Origin: Lobosporangium transversale
Lineage: Eukaryota
Assembly: GCF_002105155.1 (NCBI RefSeq)
Contig: NW_019029003.1
Location: 186,001-250,000, forward strand
Direction of reading: 5' to 3'
Length of the DNA: 64,000 nucleotides
In this document: positions 14,200 to 27,715 of the stretch, piece after piece
Layout of the letters: each line of letters begins with the position of its first letter
Numbering within the stretch: position 1 is the first letter of the stretch
The notes under the pieces: generated by a model
Told to the model about the DNA's origin: nothing
The model's database searches: none
What the model saw: the letters and a program-made list of their open reading frames with translations, nothing else
Made by a program: the position numbers and the translations under genes

Positions 14200-14308
14200 C
14201 TAGAGTTGTTGGAAGATCTCATCGTGCTGGAAGGCAGCATAATCGGGTCGCTCCAATGAACGATGGGCCACTTCAATATCGATATTGATGTCTTCGATCA
14301 ATGCCTCT

Positions 14309-14355
<47 letters not shown>

Positions 14356-14384
14356 AAAAAATTATAAAGTTAGACATATTTAAC

Positions 14385-14420
<36 letters not shown>

Positions 14421-15201
14421 CAGATCGTTTTTTTTTTTCTTCTCATACCAAGAGTAGTATAATCTAATTCGGGACGAATGTAGCCAAGTACAATGACACG
14501 AAGTTCATCACCATAGAAATCACGATGAAAGTTGTGCATGATATGGACCTCTGCAGATTTCTTTTCATTCTTGTAAAAGGGATTCCAACCAAGAGACATG
14601 ACCATAGGGTATACAGAAGCAGGACGATCCGTTGCTAATGAGGAGGAAGAGGATGAAGCTGATATTGACGATGCTATTGCTGCTGCTGCTGCTGTTGGCA
14701 AGGTTGACAATCTTGATGGTGTAGATGATGGCTCATCAGATGTTGCTGTCGGTGCTGCTGTTGTTGTTGATGATGATGGCTTAGTCCTCACTACGACCTG
14801 AGCCCAACCATAGTAGATGCCTGTCTCCAACTCAGGCCCCTGCGCTTCGATAGCCTCCTCTGGCAAATTAGCTATCAAATGATCAGAAAAAGTAAGATTT
14901 TCTGTGTGAGATTTAACAATGTCATGATAGTTGGTTGATCCATAAAAAAAAAAAAAGCCTCTCCCCAAAAAAATAGCGCAGTAAAGTTGATTTTTGATCA
15001 ATTGAGTAATTAAAAGAATATATTTATTATTATTGTTGTTGTTTTACCTGTGGGAATACCCAATTCCTTACTGCCACGCCCAAAGCCTTTGATGACAATG
15101 CCAGACATCCTGATTGGGAATGGTTTCTCAGGAGCGGGTCCACCAGCAATCTTTGGGCGAGCTGCAGCCCTAACTGAAGTTGCTGTAGGTTCGGTGGCCA
15201 T
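14200..15201 (-). CDS. FMN1: Riboflavin kinase (3 exons)
   Basis: '[17 protein letters not shown]', 'GIYYGWA', '[13 protein letters not shown]', '[12 protein letters not shown]', 'LGYIRPE'. Last exon '[20 protein letters not shown]...QQL*', stop at 14200-14202. Confidence 0.93.
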
Positions 15202-15527
15202 GGTGATAGTAGCGATAGTCGGCGTCGTTTTCGTCCTTAGTTAAGTTACTTTTTATTTAATAGTTTATATGAATGGGTGAATGTGATGACAAAGTGTTGA
15301 CAATTGAGAAGGAACAATGCTAAAAGTGAGTAAAGAATAGAAAAGAAGAGAGAGAGAGAGACAAAGTTTTCGGCGTTGTTCGAGTGAAAAATGGCAAAGA
15401 AAGCCACCATTCCGCGTGTCATTTTATCTTTTCGATCATTGGCTGCGCATTCACGCGAATTGCTCTTTTGTAACATGCACATGTAATTCATGATGTATGG
15501 ACTCTTTCCTCTTTTATTACACTTTTT

Positions 15528-15559
<32 letters not shown>

Positions 15560-15611
15560 TTTTTTTTTTTTGCTATATCCAACAACAGCTTCTTTTACTT
15601 TTCTTTTTCTT

Positions 15612-16016
15612 TTACTCCTCATCACTGATGGCATCCAATGCCTTCTGGAATCCCTGGAGAAGCACTTCCCGGTCCTCCAGTCCCACAGCCACACGGATCA
15701 GATCACGCTCAATGCCATACTGTGCAGCCCATTCAAGCTCATAGTAATGTGCTAAAATTGTATATGGGCATGCAAGCGTAAAGTTGGTGCCCAACGAAGG
15801 TCCCTTGTAGAATGGTAATGCATCAAAAAATTGCTGCGATCCTGTCTTTTGATTCTTGAACATCACAGAGAATAAACCTCCGTAGCCTGCACCCTCAACC
15901 TTATGTGTCAAGTAATTTTTCACAGTAACAAACTTGGGATAAAACACCTCTTTGACTGTAATAGCATGGAGATTGAAGAATCAGGAACCAAGAAAGAGCA
16001 TTAGAAAACCTGCCTC

Positions 16017-16052
<36 letters not shown>

Positions 16053-16267
16053 TTTTGGTTTACCTTTAGGATGAGCACGTAAAAAATCGCAAAGAATTTC
16101 TGTGTTTTCATCAATTCGAGCAATGCGCGTCTGGAACGTGCGTGAGTTACGCTCCATGAAAATAGCATCTTCGACCCACATCAGATCCTCATATTCACGG
16201 CCAATAGCTTCCTTGAGATCCTTGTAATACTTTCTCTGTGGGTTCAATACCAAGCTATGTTTAGGCG

Positions 16268-16312
<45 letters not shown>

Positions 16313-16355
16313 AATCTTGAATACATGATCGTCTATGTTTTCATTTCCTTTTTTT

Positions 16356-16391
<36 letters not shown>

Positions 16392-18034
16392 TTACCTTCC
16401 ACCCATCACATTACTATCGCCGCTAAAGATCTTGGAAAGCGACGAGACAACAATGTCTGCAAATTCTAGCGTTCGGACATTGACAAAGTTACCCAATGTC
16501 TCGTCCACAATCACCATGAACCCATACTTCTCCGCCAACTCTCCTATACGGACCAAGTTGGATGACTTCAACAGCGGGTTCGAAGGGAACTCGCAAAAGA
16601 CCGCCAAAATCTTGTCTTCCTCCCTCACATCCTCCCCAACAGTCTTTGAAAGGATTTCTTTCTCCAATGTCTCGATATCCTGGTCCTCCCCATTGCCATA
16701 AAAGTAACATCCAGGTCCAAACTTTTGCAGAACCTTGAGTGAATCCGTATAAGGGAAACCAAAACAAACTGACTTTCGTTCTGGGAACAGAGTCATGGCA
16801 ATCCGATGAGCGTTGTAGATCGCTGACATGCCGGTTGGATACAGATAAACATCCTCCTCCGTAACATATTCGCCCGTGCCTGTCCAATTAGGTCCAGCAT
16901 GATGTGCCACCTGGGCTGCAATACGACGACGGAGCGCAATCTTGGCCTTGGGCGCAAACGATAGATCTAAATTGCGTCCATAACGCTCTTCTACATAGAC
17001 TTCATAGTCACGGCTGTCGATGCCCTCCGCTTCCCCTTCAACAGGCTTGTCTTCTTCATCTACCTTGCGATCCTGCAGTTGGATTGCTGCCATACCTCCA
17101 TTTAAATCCAAAGAAGCAGACGAAGAAGAAGAGGAGGTCAAAGTCGGTCTAGTAGCACTGTAATGTCTGTTACCACGAGGCATACGAGTCGCATTGCTCT
17201 TCAGATTCAATGCCTCATCCTGCTGTCTCTTTTGTTCCTCCGCATTTAATTGCAACCATCTCAAACAGAACGCTGCCTGACGAGATGAAACGATATCTCC
17301 CGCATGCTGCCAAAACTGTTTAGCAACCGAATACGCCTCTTTAGGGAAGAAGGTCGCAAACACCTTGACTTGCTTAATCCCGTCCGGCTTCAGCTCCGAA
17401 GCTGGGGCTTGGATAGTAAATTCAACGATCCTGACTGTTCCTGCGCCCGGAGGATCGCGAGGTGTCGGAGTCGAGTCATCCGTTGCGATCGTCGGCACAA
17501 AGTAGCGCTCCACAAAGTGGCGACATCTTTCCGAGACCTTGCGTGAAGGCCACAAGAACGAAGCCTCACTGGGCTTTCCATACTTTTTCTCGCAGATTGC
17601 GATAAGCTGTCAAAAAATTGAAAATCAAAAAAGGGGCATGGATCAATTGGTTGCACAGATGAAAAGATTAATTTGAACATTCAACGTCCCCCAATAGAAC
17701 AGAAAAATATTATCAGCAACGGCTGTAAAAAGGGGACTCGATTGGCTAGTTTGAGCCCGAGTTTCGTTTTGCTCATGTAATTGCAGCCGTGTCCATGGGA
17801 AGAAATGAGTTTTTTTTTTTTTTTTTTTTTTACCTCTTTGACTTTTAAACTAACAAAGAAGCGAGGGTAGCCCGAAACCATAGCATTGACAACACGAGGA
17901 GCAGCCTCTTCGTAATCAACGTTATCCTTGAACGTAGGGAGGGACACAGAGATGGCATGGGGGACATTGGGGATAGGAGATCCTAAAGGTGCCTGCTCTA
18001 CTGCAGCAGGGGTATTACGATGAGTAGCCATCAT
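15612..18034 (-). CDS. STR2: Cystathionine gamma-synthase (Cys/Met metabolism PLP enzyme, Str2-type); 4 exons
   Basis: 'HAISVSLPT...GYPRFF', 'YPTGMSAI', 'GFPYTDSLK', 'CEFPSNPLL', 'VDET', PLP-lysine motif '[16 protein letters not shown]', '[21 protein letters not shown]', 'RVAVGLE'. Confidence 0.9.
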
Positions 18035-18312
18035 GACGAAAATGGAGAATGAAATATACAAATAAGAGACTTTTTTTTTTGAGTAGAGTTGAACTGGAAA
18101 AGCAAAGAGACAATAGTCTGTGTATGGAAATATTATTCACAAGTAAAGTTATGATTGTAGTAAGGTATTGATCTATGATTGGTATCAAGGAGGAAAATTT
18201 TCTATTCGATGAAGTATAGTCTACAAGAAAGAAAGAGAATGAGCAACCGCAATCAGAGTGAGTTCAAAGAGGAGGGTGATGCACAATTAGAATGAGAGGA
18301 GAGGAAAAAAAA

Positions 18313-18345
<33 letters not shown>

Positions 18346-18685
18346 CAAGTTGTTCTTTCAAGACAGAAATGTCATACTAAAGCTTTTTTTCCACATCAAT
18401 GAACCTTTCTATGCCAGAAAGAAATGGGGTTCGTATTGACTCACTGGCTCCAAATCGCGTGATTGTGCATTTTGTGACAGCGACCGACTCATTTCTGATT
18501 CAACTTCCCAACTTTTAATTTATTCTCAGAACCCACAAACGACCAAGAGTGTACAAATTATCGTTGTAAACGTATAGAACATGACATTAATCTAGAGAGA
18601 GATCAATAGAACCATAGGTAACATTTAGTCATTAGTCAAAAAGGGGGTGGGGACTTCCCCAAACTCATAATAATTAAGGCAAATT

Positions 18686-21069
18686 TTATACACTTACTCC
18701 TCCTGGAAAAGATCGATTGGATTCATTCACATCAAACGATCCATTGCCCTGGCCAGGCAGGCTTCCATTAGACTCATTGCCATTTCCTTGATTTCCTTGT
18801 GGTGGATTAGAGAGATTTGGTAATAAGGTGATATTGGCAAGTGTGTTGTAGACATTGGAAGGATGTGCAAACCCAATCTGAAGAGAGCGGTAATCAAAAA
18901 CACTGTAGACGTTCTTCAGGAACGATGCTCCCAATATCCAGTCTGATTCCGAAGCAGAAAGGGAAACATCGATAGCACTCTTGCAATACTCTGCATAGCC
19001 AGGAATCCTGAACAATACCACTAACTCTTCGGCTGGCACTCGGAATTGCTGACCACTGATCGTAAAGTTAAGGTCACCTACACTTGTATTGCAAGGAAGG
19101 ATCCATCCTACTTGTGGTGCCTGTCAAAAGAAGGCATTGCTTGTTGTTAGTGTAACATTTGACATTTGATATTTAACATTCAAAGTCCTTCTCCATGCAA
19201 TTGAAAAAAAAAAAAAAAAAAAAAAAAAAATCCACTCCTTCATTTTATGCCGTATAAATGTATAAATGTTTATACCTGAATGGCCCCTGGTATGTGCTCG
19301 TGAAAAACAGATGCAACCTTAGCAGGCAAAATGATCAAGGACGTGCCTGTCAAAAAAGTCAACAATGACAATAACAATGATAATAATAATAATAAATAGA
19401 AGCCCATCTATTCCATCCTATCAAGTATAGTGTTTCAGTACAAATACAATTAGCATGATGCTTATTGAGTTTTACCAGAGTCAACCAATGCGTTTCCAGA
19501 GAGATCCAAGTCTGTTCCTGCTATAGATACTGCATTAATACGAATCTTCCACGTGTTCTTGTCTACAATGGGTGCCCATGTAAAGTTGCCTATGTACTTT
19601 GTTGTGTCGACTCCACCAAAAATAAACGCACCTCCAGAACCCTCATTCGAACCTCCCATACGTTGTCTTCCCATCCAGAGCGAGACAATGGGTTGAACAA
19701 TCATCTTGCGGGCAAGCATAGTCTCTACGATGGTCGTGTAGCCCTTAACATTGGCTACACGTCCAAAACCAAGTCCTACAACACCCTCGATCCCTTTCTT
19801 GGCAATAGTCGAGTCATCTACTGAGGCCATCCCAAAGGATTGGTTGGCGATAGTTGCACCAGAAATATGCATGTGGTCCAACCCAGTTACTCCACTGACA
19901 TGTGAATCGTCACCATACTTAATGTCGAATGCTTTTCCTTCTGCATGATATGTAGAAGATGCTGTCGAATTATACCGCAGTAGTGTCAAACATGATATTG
20001 ATTTACAGGCCTGTGTTGGCACCCACATATCACTACTACCAGTATCAAACACCATGGAGAAGTTCTGAGCTGGTGTTCCCAACGAGATCATGCCTGTTTG
20101 TTGCCCGAGAGTGAGAAGGTATCACCATAACGGTCAATTAATTCATTCAATTTATAAGAATGTGCGACAAACAAATCGAAAAAAAAAAAAAAAAAAAAAA
20201 AAGTTTCCATCACACAAAGGTTTGGAACATCTAACACGCGTGTACCGACTTCATTTATACTTACCGATATACTGAAGGTAAAATGTAGAGCATGATGCGT
20301 CGATTTAGACACAGACACAAAATTAAGGGGAGGAGTATTGTTCCAATAGACAGATTACAGTTGACATGACGAGTGAATGGAATAGTGAATGAGCACGGAA
20401 AAAAAGAATGGGAACAAAAAATTAGTTCGTGAGCACTAAAAATATCGGGCGCTACAGAAAAATAGTGATTGACACAAAAAAGTATTACATGCATTGTAAA
20501 ACAAAAAAAAAAAAAAAAATTGGAAGCAGAGACATCAACGATGTGCAGCATGAAACTACTTCGTCATTGATTAGGTCAAAGGAATAACATGTAAACATTG
20601 GATCGGGAGGGCGCAATAAAAAAAAAAAAAAAAAAAAGAATAATACAAAGCATACCACAGTATCGGCCATCAAATCCTGTAGCGGCACACTGATGATATT
20701 AGTAGGATTCGCCCCTACTCCAATGGTGCTATTCTTATCTTTAATCGGTGCTTTAGCCTTGGATGAAAAGCCGAGCAATGTTGGTCCGTTTGGCAATGAT
20801 GGTAATGGATCTTGGGGCTTTTTCTCACTTTCAGGGACATAGATTGTAGCGCCTTTAGGAGGGAGGTATAGGCGTGATTGTAGTGATGGTAATGATAGGG
20901 GCTCTGCAGAAACTTGACCATGACTTGTCGAAAAGATCAAGTCTGACGAGAGTAAGACAGAGGCTATAATTAAGACACAAATTGTATGAAGATTCTTCCA
21001 ATGGAAAGCTGGCTTGCGGTTTGAATAGATAGAAAAAAATATTGGAGAAAAGGATTGAAAAGGAGACAT
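18686..21069 (-). CDS. Pepsin-family (A1) aspartic protease, multi-exon
   Basis: Catalytic motifs 'VFDTGSSDMWV' and 'LVDSG|TSLI' (second is split by an intron); flap 'IKYGDDS'; 'WILGASFLKNVYSVFD'. Hydrophobic N-terminal segment. The ATG at 21069 is tentative. Confidence 0.85.
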
Positions 21070-21280
21070 GGTGACGGAGTCTTCAGAGGTAGATGTAGAA
21101 GGGTATATGGAGCCAGACCTGAGTTGAGGACGGGAAAAAAATAAATTATTACAGTAAAGTCTGGCGTGGCAAGAGCAAGATTTAGAGGGGGAGAAAGAGG
21201 AAAGTGAATGCGATGCTTTGCTGATCCGCCGCCGACACATTTGTTGTCTTATTTGTTGATGGTTGCAATGTACAATTCGC

Positions 21281-21312
<32 letters not shown>

Positions 21313-23262
21313 GAGAGAGAGCAAAGAGAGAACGAACAAGTAGTAAGAATTAAAATGATTATCAATGAAGAGAAAGAGATCAAGGTAGTCAATGATGTGG
21401 AAAGGATTGAATGGATGGATGTGAGAGATGTGGTGAATGATTAAATGAATGCGAAAGTCAATGTGATGGGAAGCTGTTTGTGCCTGAAAAAAGGATACAA
21501 GCTTTAATTTCGATATTTTCAACCACATGGTCCATTGTTTTAAAAAACTTACTTCCTTTCACCACCACAACCAACAACAACGGTAATCAGAGCAAAAACA
21601 ATGGCTACCCTGCCCATTCTCGCCAAGGTCTTTGCCCGCTATGAAATCCTTCTCATGCTGTTCAGAAAGATGAACAACCGCAGGGTTCCCAACCTTGATC
21701 TTCGATCTCTTTACTGCTCAATAATATATATTTGTGGGTCAAACCCGAGTCCAACCACTTAGCCCCAATGTGTGCCATTGTACCTCCAGAATTGGCAGTA
21801 GCATTGAACAATCACAACATGCCAATTCCTAATGCTTTTTGATCTTGGTTTCAAAAAGTAGAGAGGATCAAATTGCTGCATTGTCCTGCAAGCATTGTCA
21901 GGAATGTTCCCAAAGATGCCCAAAGTTTTTTAATCATATAACGCTTCATTTTGGATATCGGGCGCAATGGCAGAGAGGAAAATCAGCTTTTGGAATATTA
22001 TAATTTATTAAGAAGAGCTGAAGAAAGAACTATTAAAATGAATGTGAATCCAATTGAAATACCTTTATCTTGGAGTATATCAGCGGGTATCCGTAATCTA
22101 AAAGTCACATCAGAGTATGGGAGGATCATGTCGAAGTGAAGCACACGAGCTTTGATCTAGTCATTAAAAGAAAGGTGGCATTTCAACGATACAACCACGT
22201 TATACATTTAAGACATTTAAGAACGTATTTCGCAAATCGTTTGGTCGGTTTGCTGCTCCAGGAGGATTTTTTTTAAAAAAAAAAAAAGCATAAATAAATG
22301 TATTCATCTTCTTGGAGTCTGATCCTGATATCTCCTAGTCACCTTAATCAATAAAACCAGACTGTTGGATTTGGAACTGGACAGAGGTGTGTAGGAACTG
22401 GTGTATTACACGTGTCCAACACCAGTACCTCGACTCAAAGAATATGGATGCCTCATGTGCAATGAATGGCCTGTCGGATGATGAAATAAGTCTTTTCATG
22501 TCTCTCTCTCTACATCCTGAGGCGTTGCGTGTTACATAAATCGATGGCCCTGGATCGGATAAAAGGGGTCAAATGAGTTTGAAATGCTCTTCAGATTCTA
22601 TCATCTATCGTTATGGATTCAGTAACGCTACGGTTCGCTCCACATGTTGCCAGGACATGCACAGCTCATTGACATGTATCATTGTCCGTACGGGTACGTT
22701 CAGCAGAAGCCAAGGAAAAACACACAAAATGTTTCAAGGGAAACCAAACAAAACCAAACATGTAGGCCTCTGTAATCGTAGAATAGCCTAATCTTCATCG
22801 GGATGGTAAGTCTGTCATCCAATGAAAGAGAAACTGAGCGTATAGAAGACCCTCTGTACAATAACCAAATAGCTTCGTATGCTCCATAGCAGTCATCAAG
22901 TTTGTAAGCTTTAGGGATTGGACCTGGCTTTGCGATGCAACATTGTTGCTCTACTCGACCGAGGATTGTGTCGACTAGAAAGAGATTGGGATGTTTATGT
23001 AGTCTCGAGCCTGAAGATGGATTTAAAAAAAGAGTTAATGAGCGTCTGTGCATTTGTTTTCAAATGATCCAAAAATAATAACAAGACAAAAAAGGAAAAT
23101 GGCATTGCAAATATCATTTCAAAATAATTTTCTAAATTGGTACATTATTGTCGAGGGTATGAACTTATATAAATTACAGAATAGAAGGCTTTTTTTTTTA
23201 TTTTTTTTTACTTTTCATCACCTTTACACTATTGCTTTAGCCTTTACACTATTGCCTACACC

Positions 23263-24741
23263 ATGGAGATAATAACAGCATCCATGACCCAGCTCAAATC
23301 AACACTCAACAAGTTGATCCCCTTTAGCTCCTTTGTTAGTTCTCTTCCACCTTCTTTACCTGTTGCGCCTCCTCTTCTTGGTCAAAACTCTTTGCAGATC
23401 CCTCTCCCCGATTGCTACTACTTCAGTATCTTCCTCATCTTTGGATGCAGTCTCTACTTCCTCTTGCTTTTACCACTTCCGCGCTTACAGAAGCAATGTA
23501 TCGCTGCTCCATTACTCCTTGGCTTATTTACAGCTCCGATTTTCTTCACCACTCTCCATTCACCAGGTTCCCAGCTCCTCCATGACACTGCCTGTGCTTG
23601 CGTACTAATGCGCATGGTCGACTTGTACTATGTCCGTCCTTGGAGGACAGGAAAAGAGCCAACTCTCAATTTTGATGATTGGTGGGTTGAGGTCTGGCAG
23701 CCCTTCCGCAAGGTCCCTTTGAATAAAGAGCAGCTTCAGCGGCATGAGCTCGAGCTACAGCAGACTCACCTTCGCGGTGAGTTGGACAAGATCTCAAAAT
23801 CAACCAAGGATACAGCATCAGGATTTGACAGATCTAATCAAGGATTACCATCACCATCTACCATCAACAACAATGGCAGCAGTAACGGCAGTAACAGTGT
23901 TAGCCTTTCTAGTGACATTAGTAAAACTGAGCTAAACAAGGGAAAGATCGTCAAACATGTTTACATTCCACCTACGGATCCCAACCCCCAACACTGGAGC
24001 GCTTATCTCCCACGTGTTTTGCTCTATGTAACTGTGCTAGATTGCATTCTATTCTACTGCAGCTTCCTAACATATGAGGATATTCAGGGCTTCTCCCTCA
24101 CCGGGCGAATGCTGTTCGATTCTTTTCTGGCCGTAGGGGTGCTTTTCGGTATTACATTGGCTTGGTACATCATCATGATTCTTTGGGCGGTCACCACCGG
24201 AAATTTGATTCATGATACAGAATGGACATTGGTTCGACACCAATTTCCAGGATTTGCCACATCCCCTGCCGAGTTTTGGCGACGATGGCACCATATTTTT
24301 AAAAGAATCTGGGTCGACCTAGGCTTCAAGCCTGTGCACCATCTCCTTCAAAAATACCTGACCCCAAGAATATCATCCATGAACAAATCGTTGGCTATGC
24401 AACTAGAGCGAGCGTTACCTGTCATGGCTGTTTTCTTGATGTCAGGACTGATGCACGAGATGTTTTTTTTCTCTCTGTATCATATTAGTCCTGGCTCTAT
24501 GACAGTCTTCTTTTTGATTCAAGGTGCTGGAACCATTGTCTCCGACATGTTGAGCAACACAGTCGGACGAAAAGTGTCAGTTCCACCTGTAATTCTTATT
24601 GGGTTGACTCTGGCGTTCAATCTTTCCACGGCAAGTCTTTTCTCGGAGCCAGCTATCAAGGTTAATGGACACAATACGTTTGCCAAACAGAGTTTGTTGG
24701 TACATGGATATAATTACTTGCGCTCGAATGGTGTCTTTTGA
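23263..24741 (+). CDS. MBOAT family (wax-synthase-like) membrane-bound O-acyltransferase, 492 aa, intronless
   Basis: Multiple TM segments; 'ATSPAEFWRRWHHIF' and 'FLMSGLMHE' (catalytic His). Confidence 0.85.
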   Translation: MEIITASMTQLKSTLNKLIPFSSFVSSLPPSLPVAPPLLGQNSLQIPLPDCYYFSIFLIFGCSLYFLLLLPLPRLQKQCIAAPLLLGLFTAPIFFTTLHSPGSQLLHDTACACVLMRMVDLYYVRPWRTGKEPTLNFDDWWVEVWQPFRKVPLNKEQLQRHELELQQTHLRGELDKISKSTKDTASGFDRSNQGLPSPSTINNNGSSNGSNSVSLSSDISKTELNKGKIVKHVYIPPTDPNPQHWSAYLPRVLLYVTVLDCILFYCSFLTYEDIQGFSLTGRMLFDSFLAVGVLFGITLAWYIIMILWAVTTGNLIHDTEWTLVRHQFPGFATSPAEFWRRWHHIFKRIWVDLGFKPVHHLLQKYLTPRISSMNKSLAMQLERALPVMAVFLMSGLMHEMFFFSLYHISPGSMTVFFLIQGAGTIVSDMLSNTVGRKVSVPPVILIGLTLAFNLSTASLFSEPAIKVNGHNTFAKQSLLVHGYNYLRSNGVF

Positions 24742-24909
24742 TTTAGTCAAAAGATTATAAATGCTCTCTCTAATAGGAAATGAAATCATGAAATTTAGCT
24801 TGCAGTCACTAGCGCGTCTTTTTCAAAAATAAACAAAACTGTTTTGCTGCCACATTGCTGCTGTCTTGACATTCTTAAAAAAAAAAAAAAAAAAAAAAAG
24901 TGAAAAGTC

Positions 24910-26145
24910 ATGAGCCTTACGGATGAGGTCGCTATGGCGACTGACAGCGGGAACGATTCAGAGACTGGCAATGTATCTTCGCCCAGTACCAGCGCCAATG
25001 GATCTGCGTCCGGGTCTGGAGGTCATGGCAGTAACAGCCACGGCTTTCGCTCCAGCTCTGCCAATGCCTTGCTGTTCCCAACACTAACTGCAAGTGGCCG
25101 TCTTGCAAAATTATTAGCACGAGAAAAGGAACTCATTGCAATGTTGGATCAAATTAATATTGATATCGAACAATTGGAAGCATCATTGGACATAGACGAA
25201 GGAAAAGCACATAGCAATAATGCTTCAGGGACAGGATGTTTAATAGGCACCGGTACCAGTAGTGGAAATGCTAGTAATGGTGCAGGAGTAGCAGACGAGG
25301 ATTTGGAAGAAGAAGTGGATGACTTGGAGGAATTTGAAGCGCCAGAATGGTGTGTGCCTATCAAGGCCAATGTTATGACTTATGACTGGGATGTAGGTTT
25401 TTCTTTTTCTTTAAACATTGAAGACCTCGTATGTGGAAAGGACATTGGAAGCTAAAGCAGGATACTTTATGTCACTCCCTCTCCTGCATACATCATAGAG
25501 CCTGGCTGCAGAATGTCAATTCGATGTAATCCTTATGGATCCACCATGGCAATTAGCTACCCATGCACCAACTCGAGGAGTAAGTTAATTATTCATGTCC
25601 TTATTTTATTTTTACCCTTTACCTTTATCTTTATCTTTCGTTCTTATCTCACATACGCTGTCCTAGGTTGCTATTGCTTATCAACAACTACCAGATATCT
25701 GTATTGAAGAGCTACCAGTACCAAAATTAAGTTCCAATGGCTTCATCTTCATCTGGGTCATCAACAACAAATATGCCAAAGCATTTGATCTGATGCGAAG
25801 ATGGGGATACAGGTAAAGATAGATAGCCACTTATCTCAATACTCCTTAGTAGCCAGGAATTACGACTTTCAATGGCGTATACGCTTTTTATCTCTCTCAC
25901 CGCTTCATCATTCAGGCCCATTGATTCGCTTCTTTCTATCTGTTTATTTTTAGCTATGTAGATGATATTACATGGGTAAAGCAGACTGTTAATCGTAGAA
26001 TGGCAAAGGGACATGGATATTATCTTCAGCACGCCAAGGAAACATGTCTTGTAGGAAAGAAGGTAGGAAAAAAAAAAAAAAAAAAAAAAAAAAGATATAC
26101 GGTCGTATCTTATATTGATAATGATGTGTTGCTGAACATCTCTCT

Positions 26146-26189
<44 letters not shown>

Positions 26190-26394
26190 TGCCCTCTAGG
26201 GCGAAGATCCTCCAGGATGCAGGCACTCCATCGGATCTGATGTCATCTTTTCAGAACGTCGTGGACAGAGCCAAAAGCCTGAGGAATTGTATGAGCTCAT
26301 TGAGGAACTGGTTCCCAATGGCCGTTATCTCGAGATTTTTGGACGTAAGAACAACCTGAGGGACTACTGGGTTACTGTTGGAAACGAACTTTGA
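24910..26394 (+). CDS. AMT1: MT-A70 family N6-adenine methyltransferase, AMT1/MTA1 (DNA 6mA) clade; 5 exons
   Basis: Spliced translation: 'FDVILMDPPWQLATHAPTRG|VAIAYQQL...FIWVINNKY...WGY|..DDITWVK..AKGHGYYLQHAKETCLVGKK|G..SDVIFSERRGQSQKPEELY..LVPNGRYLEIFGRKNNLRDYWVTVGNEL*'. DPPW catalytic motif; RGVAIAY and GHGxYLQHAKE match recalled ciliate AMT1/MTA1. Confidence 0.88.
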
Positions 26395-26504
26395 GAATTA
26401 ATTGTTACAATGAAAAATAAATAAAATTATAGTCATCAAATCATCAAATATGTACTTGGCTAGTTAAAGAACTGGTCATTTTCTATTATATACTATTTTT
26501 CTCT

Positions 26505-27646
26505 CTAGTATCGCTCATAGAAAAGCAAGTATGCGCGACTTGCCAGGACTTCTTGAAGACTAGCCATTCGAACGTTGGTGTCACTGCATGCAATCCATTG
26601 CCGTGTGTCTACAACATCCTCTTCCTTTTCACTTTTGCTTTGCTCTATAATATTGACTTGTGGAGTCTCAACATTGTCCTGTGGAGTCTCAACGTTGTCT
26701 TGTGGAGTCTCAACGTTGTCTTGTGGAATCGTAACGTTGTCTTGTGGAATCGTAACGTTGTCTTGTGGAGCCACAATGTTGTCCTGCGAAGTTGCAACAT
26801 CGTCTTGTGGGATCGATACATTGCCTGTGGCACCTGTAGGAATAGTAGATTTCTTCGTATTTTTCCTCTTCTTTCCCTGCTGTGCCGTCAGCATTGCTAA
26901 GGAAACATCCGGTAACTCCTGCCCGTCGACTTTTGTATTGATCCTACTATTATTACTCTTCAGACTCTTTCCTGACGACACCACTTCGGTAGCCTTAGTG
27001 TCTTCGGGAACAACTACTTTTGACGAAAGTACATAATTAATGTAATGTCCACCACCTAGTGTACCCATATGTACCACGGCGCCATACAACCTGTATCTCT
27101 TTGACAAATCACCATTATAATAATACTGGTTAGATTTGCTGGGATTTTGGTTATCCTCCTCATCTTCATGCTCGATTTCACTCGCAGGCATAAAGTAAGG
27201 GCTCATATCCAAAGTGACAGGGATTTCTACATGATCATCAATCTTGCGCATTTGGCCGAACCGTCCAGACTGCTCAAAGCGCTTCAAGTGTAGAATAAGC
27301 GTTGGGGGCAACTTTGAAATTAAATATCGCTTGAAGGCCTTGCGGAAAATATAATTGGGTTCTTCTTGTATAATCTTCTCTTTTTCAGCAGTTCTTTTGT
27401 CCTGGGATGGCTTTTTAGGGATTGTGTTGCCGAGTCGATCCGTCTGTATTCCTCTATCATCGTTGTCATCATCGTTGTCATCATCTCTAGGCATGAATTC
27501 TGTCCCTGAATCCGCCGCCTGATCTTCCTCTAATCTGTTCTGTTGCTTATCAGATTGAAGCGTTTCTGATGGGTTTTGTTTAACCGACTTGGTATCCTCT
27601 GTACCCTGCTTCGTCGCTGTTATCTCCAGACTCACTATCTCTTCAG

Positions 27647-27715
<69 letters not shown>

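Noticed and set aside
21560..23100. Possible decayed retroelement fragments between the protease and MBOAT genes
   Set aside because: Only vague Cys/His/Trp patterns across broken frames; no recognisable RT, endonuclease or integrase motif.
26655..26810. CRISPR-like periodic repeats
   Set aside because: Head-to-tail coding repeats without unique spacers, in a eukaryotic gene; no cas genes.
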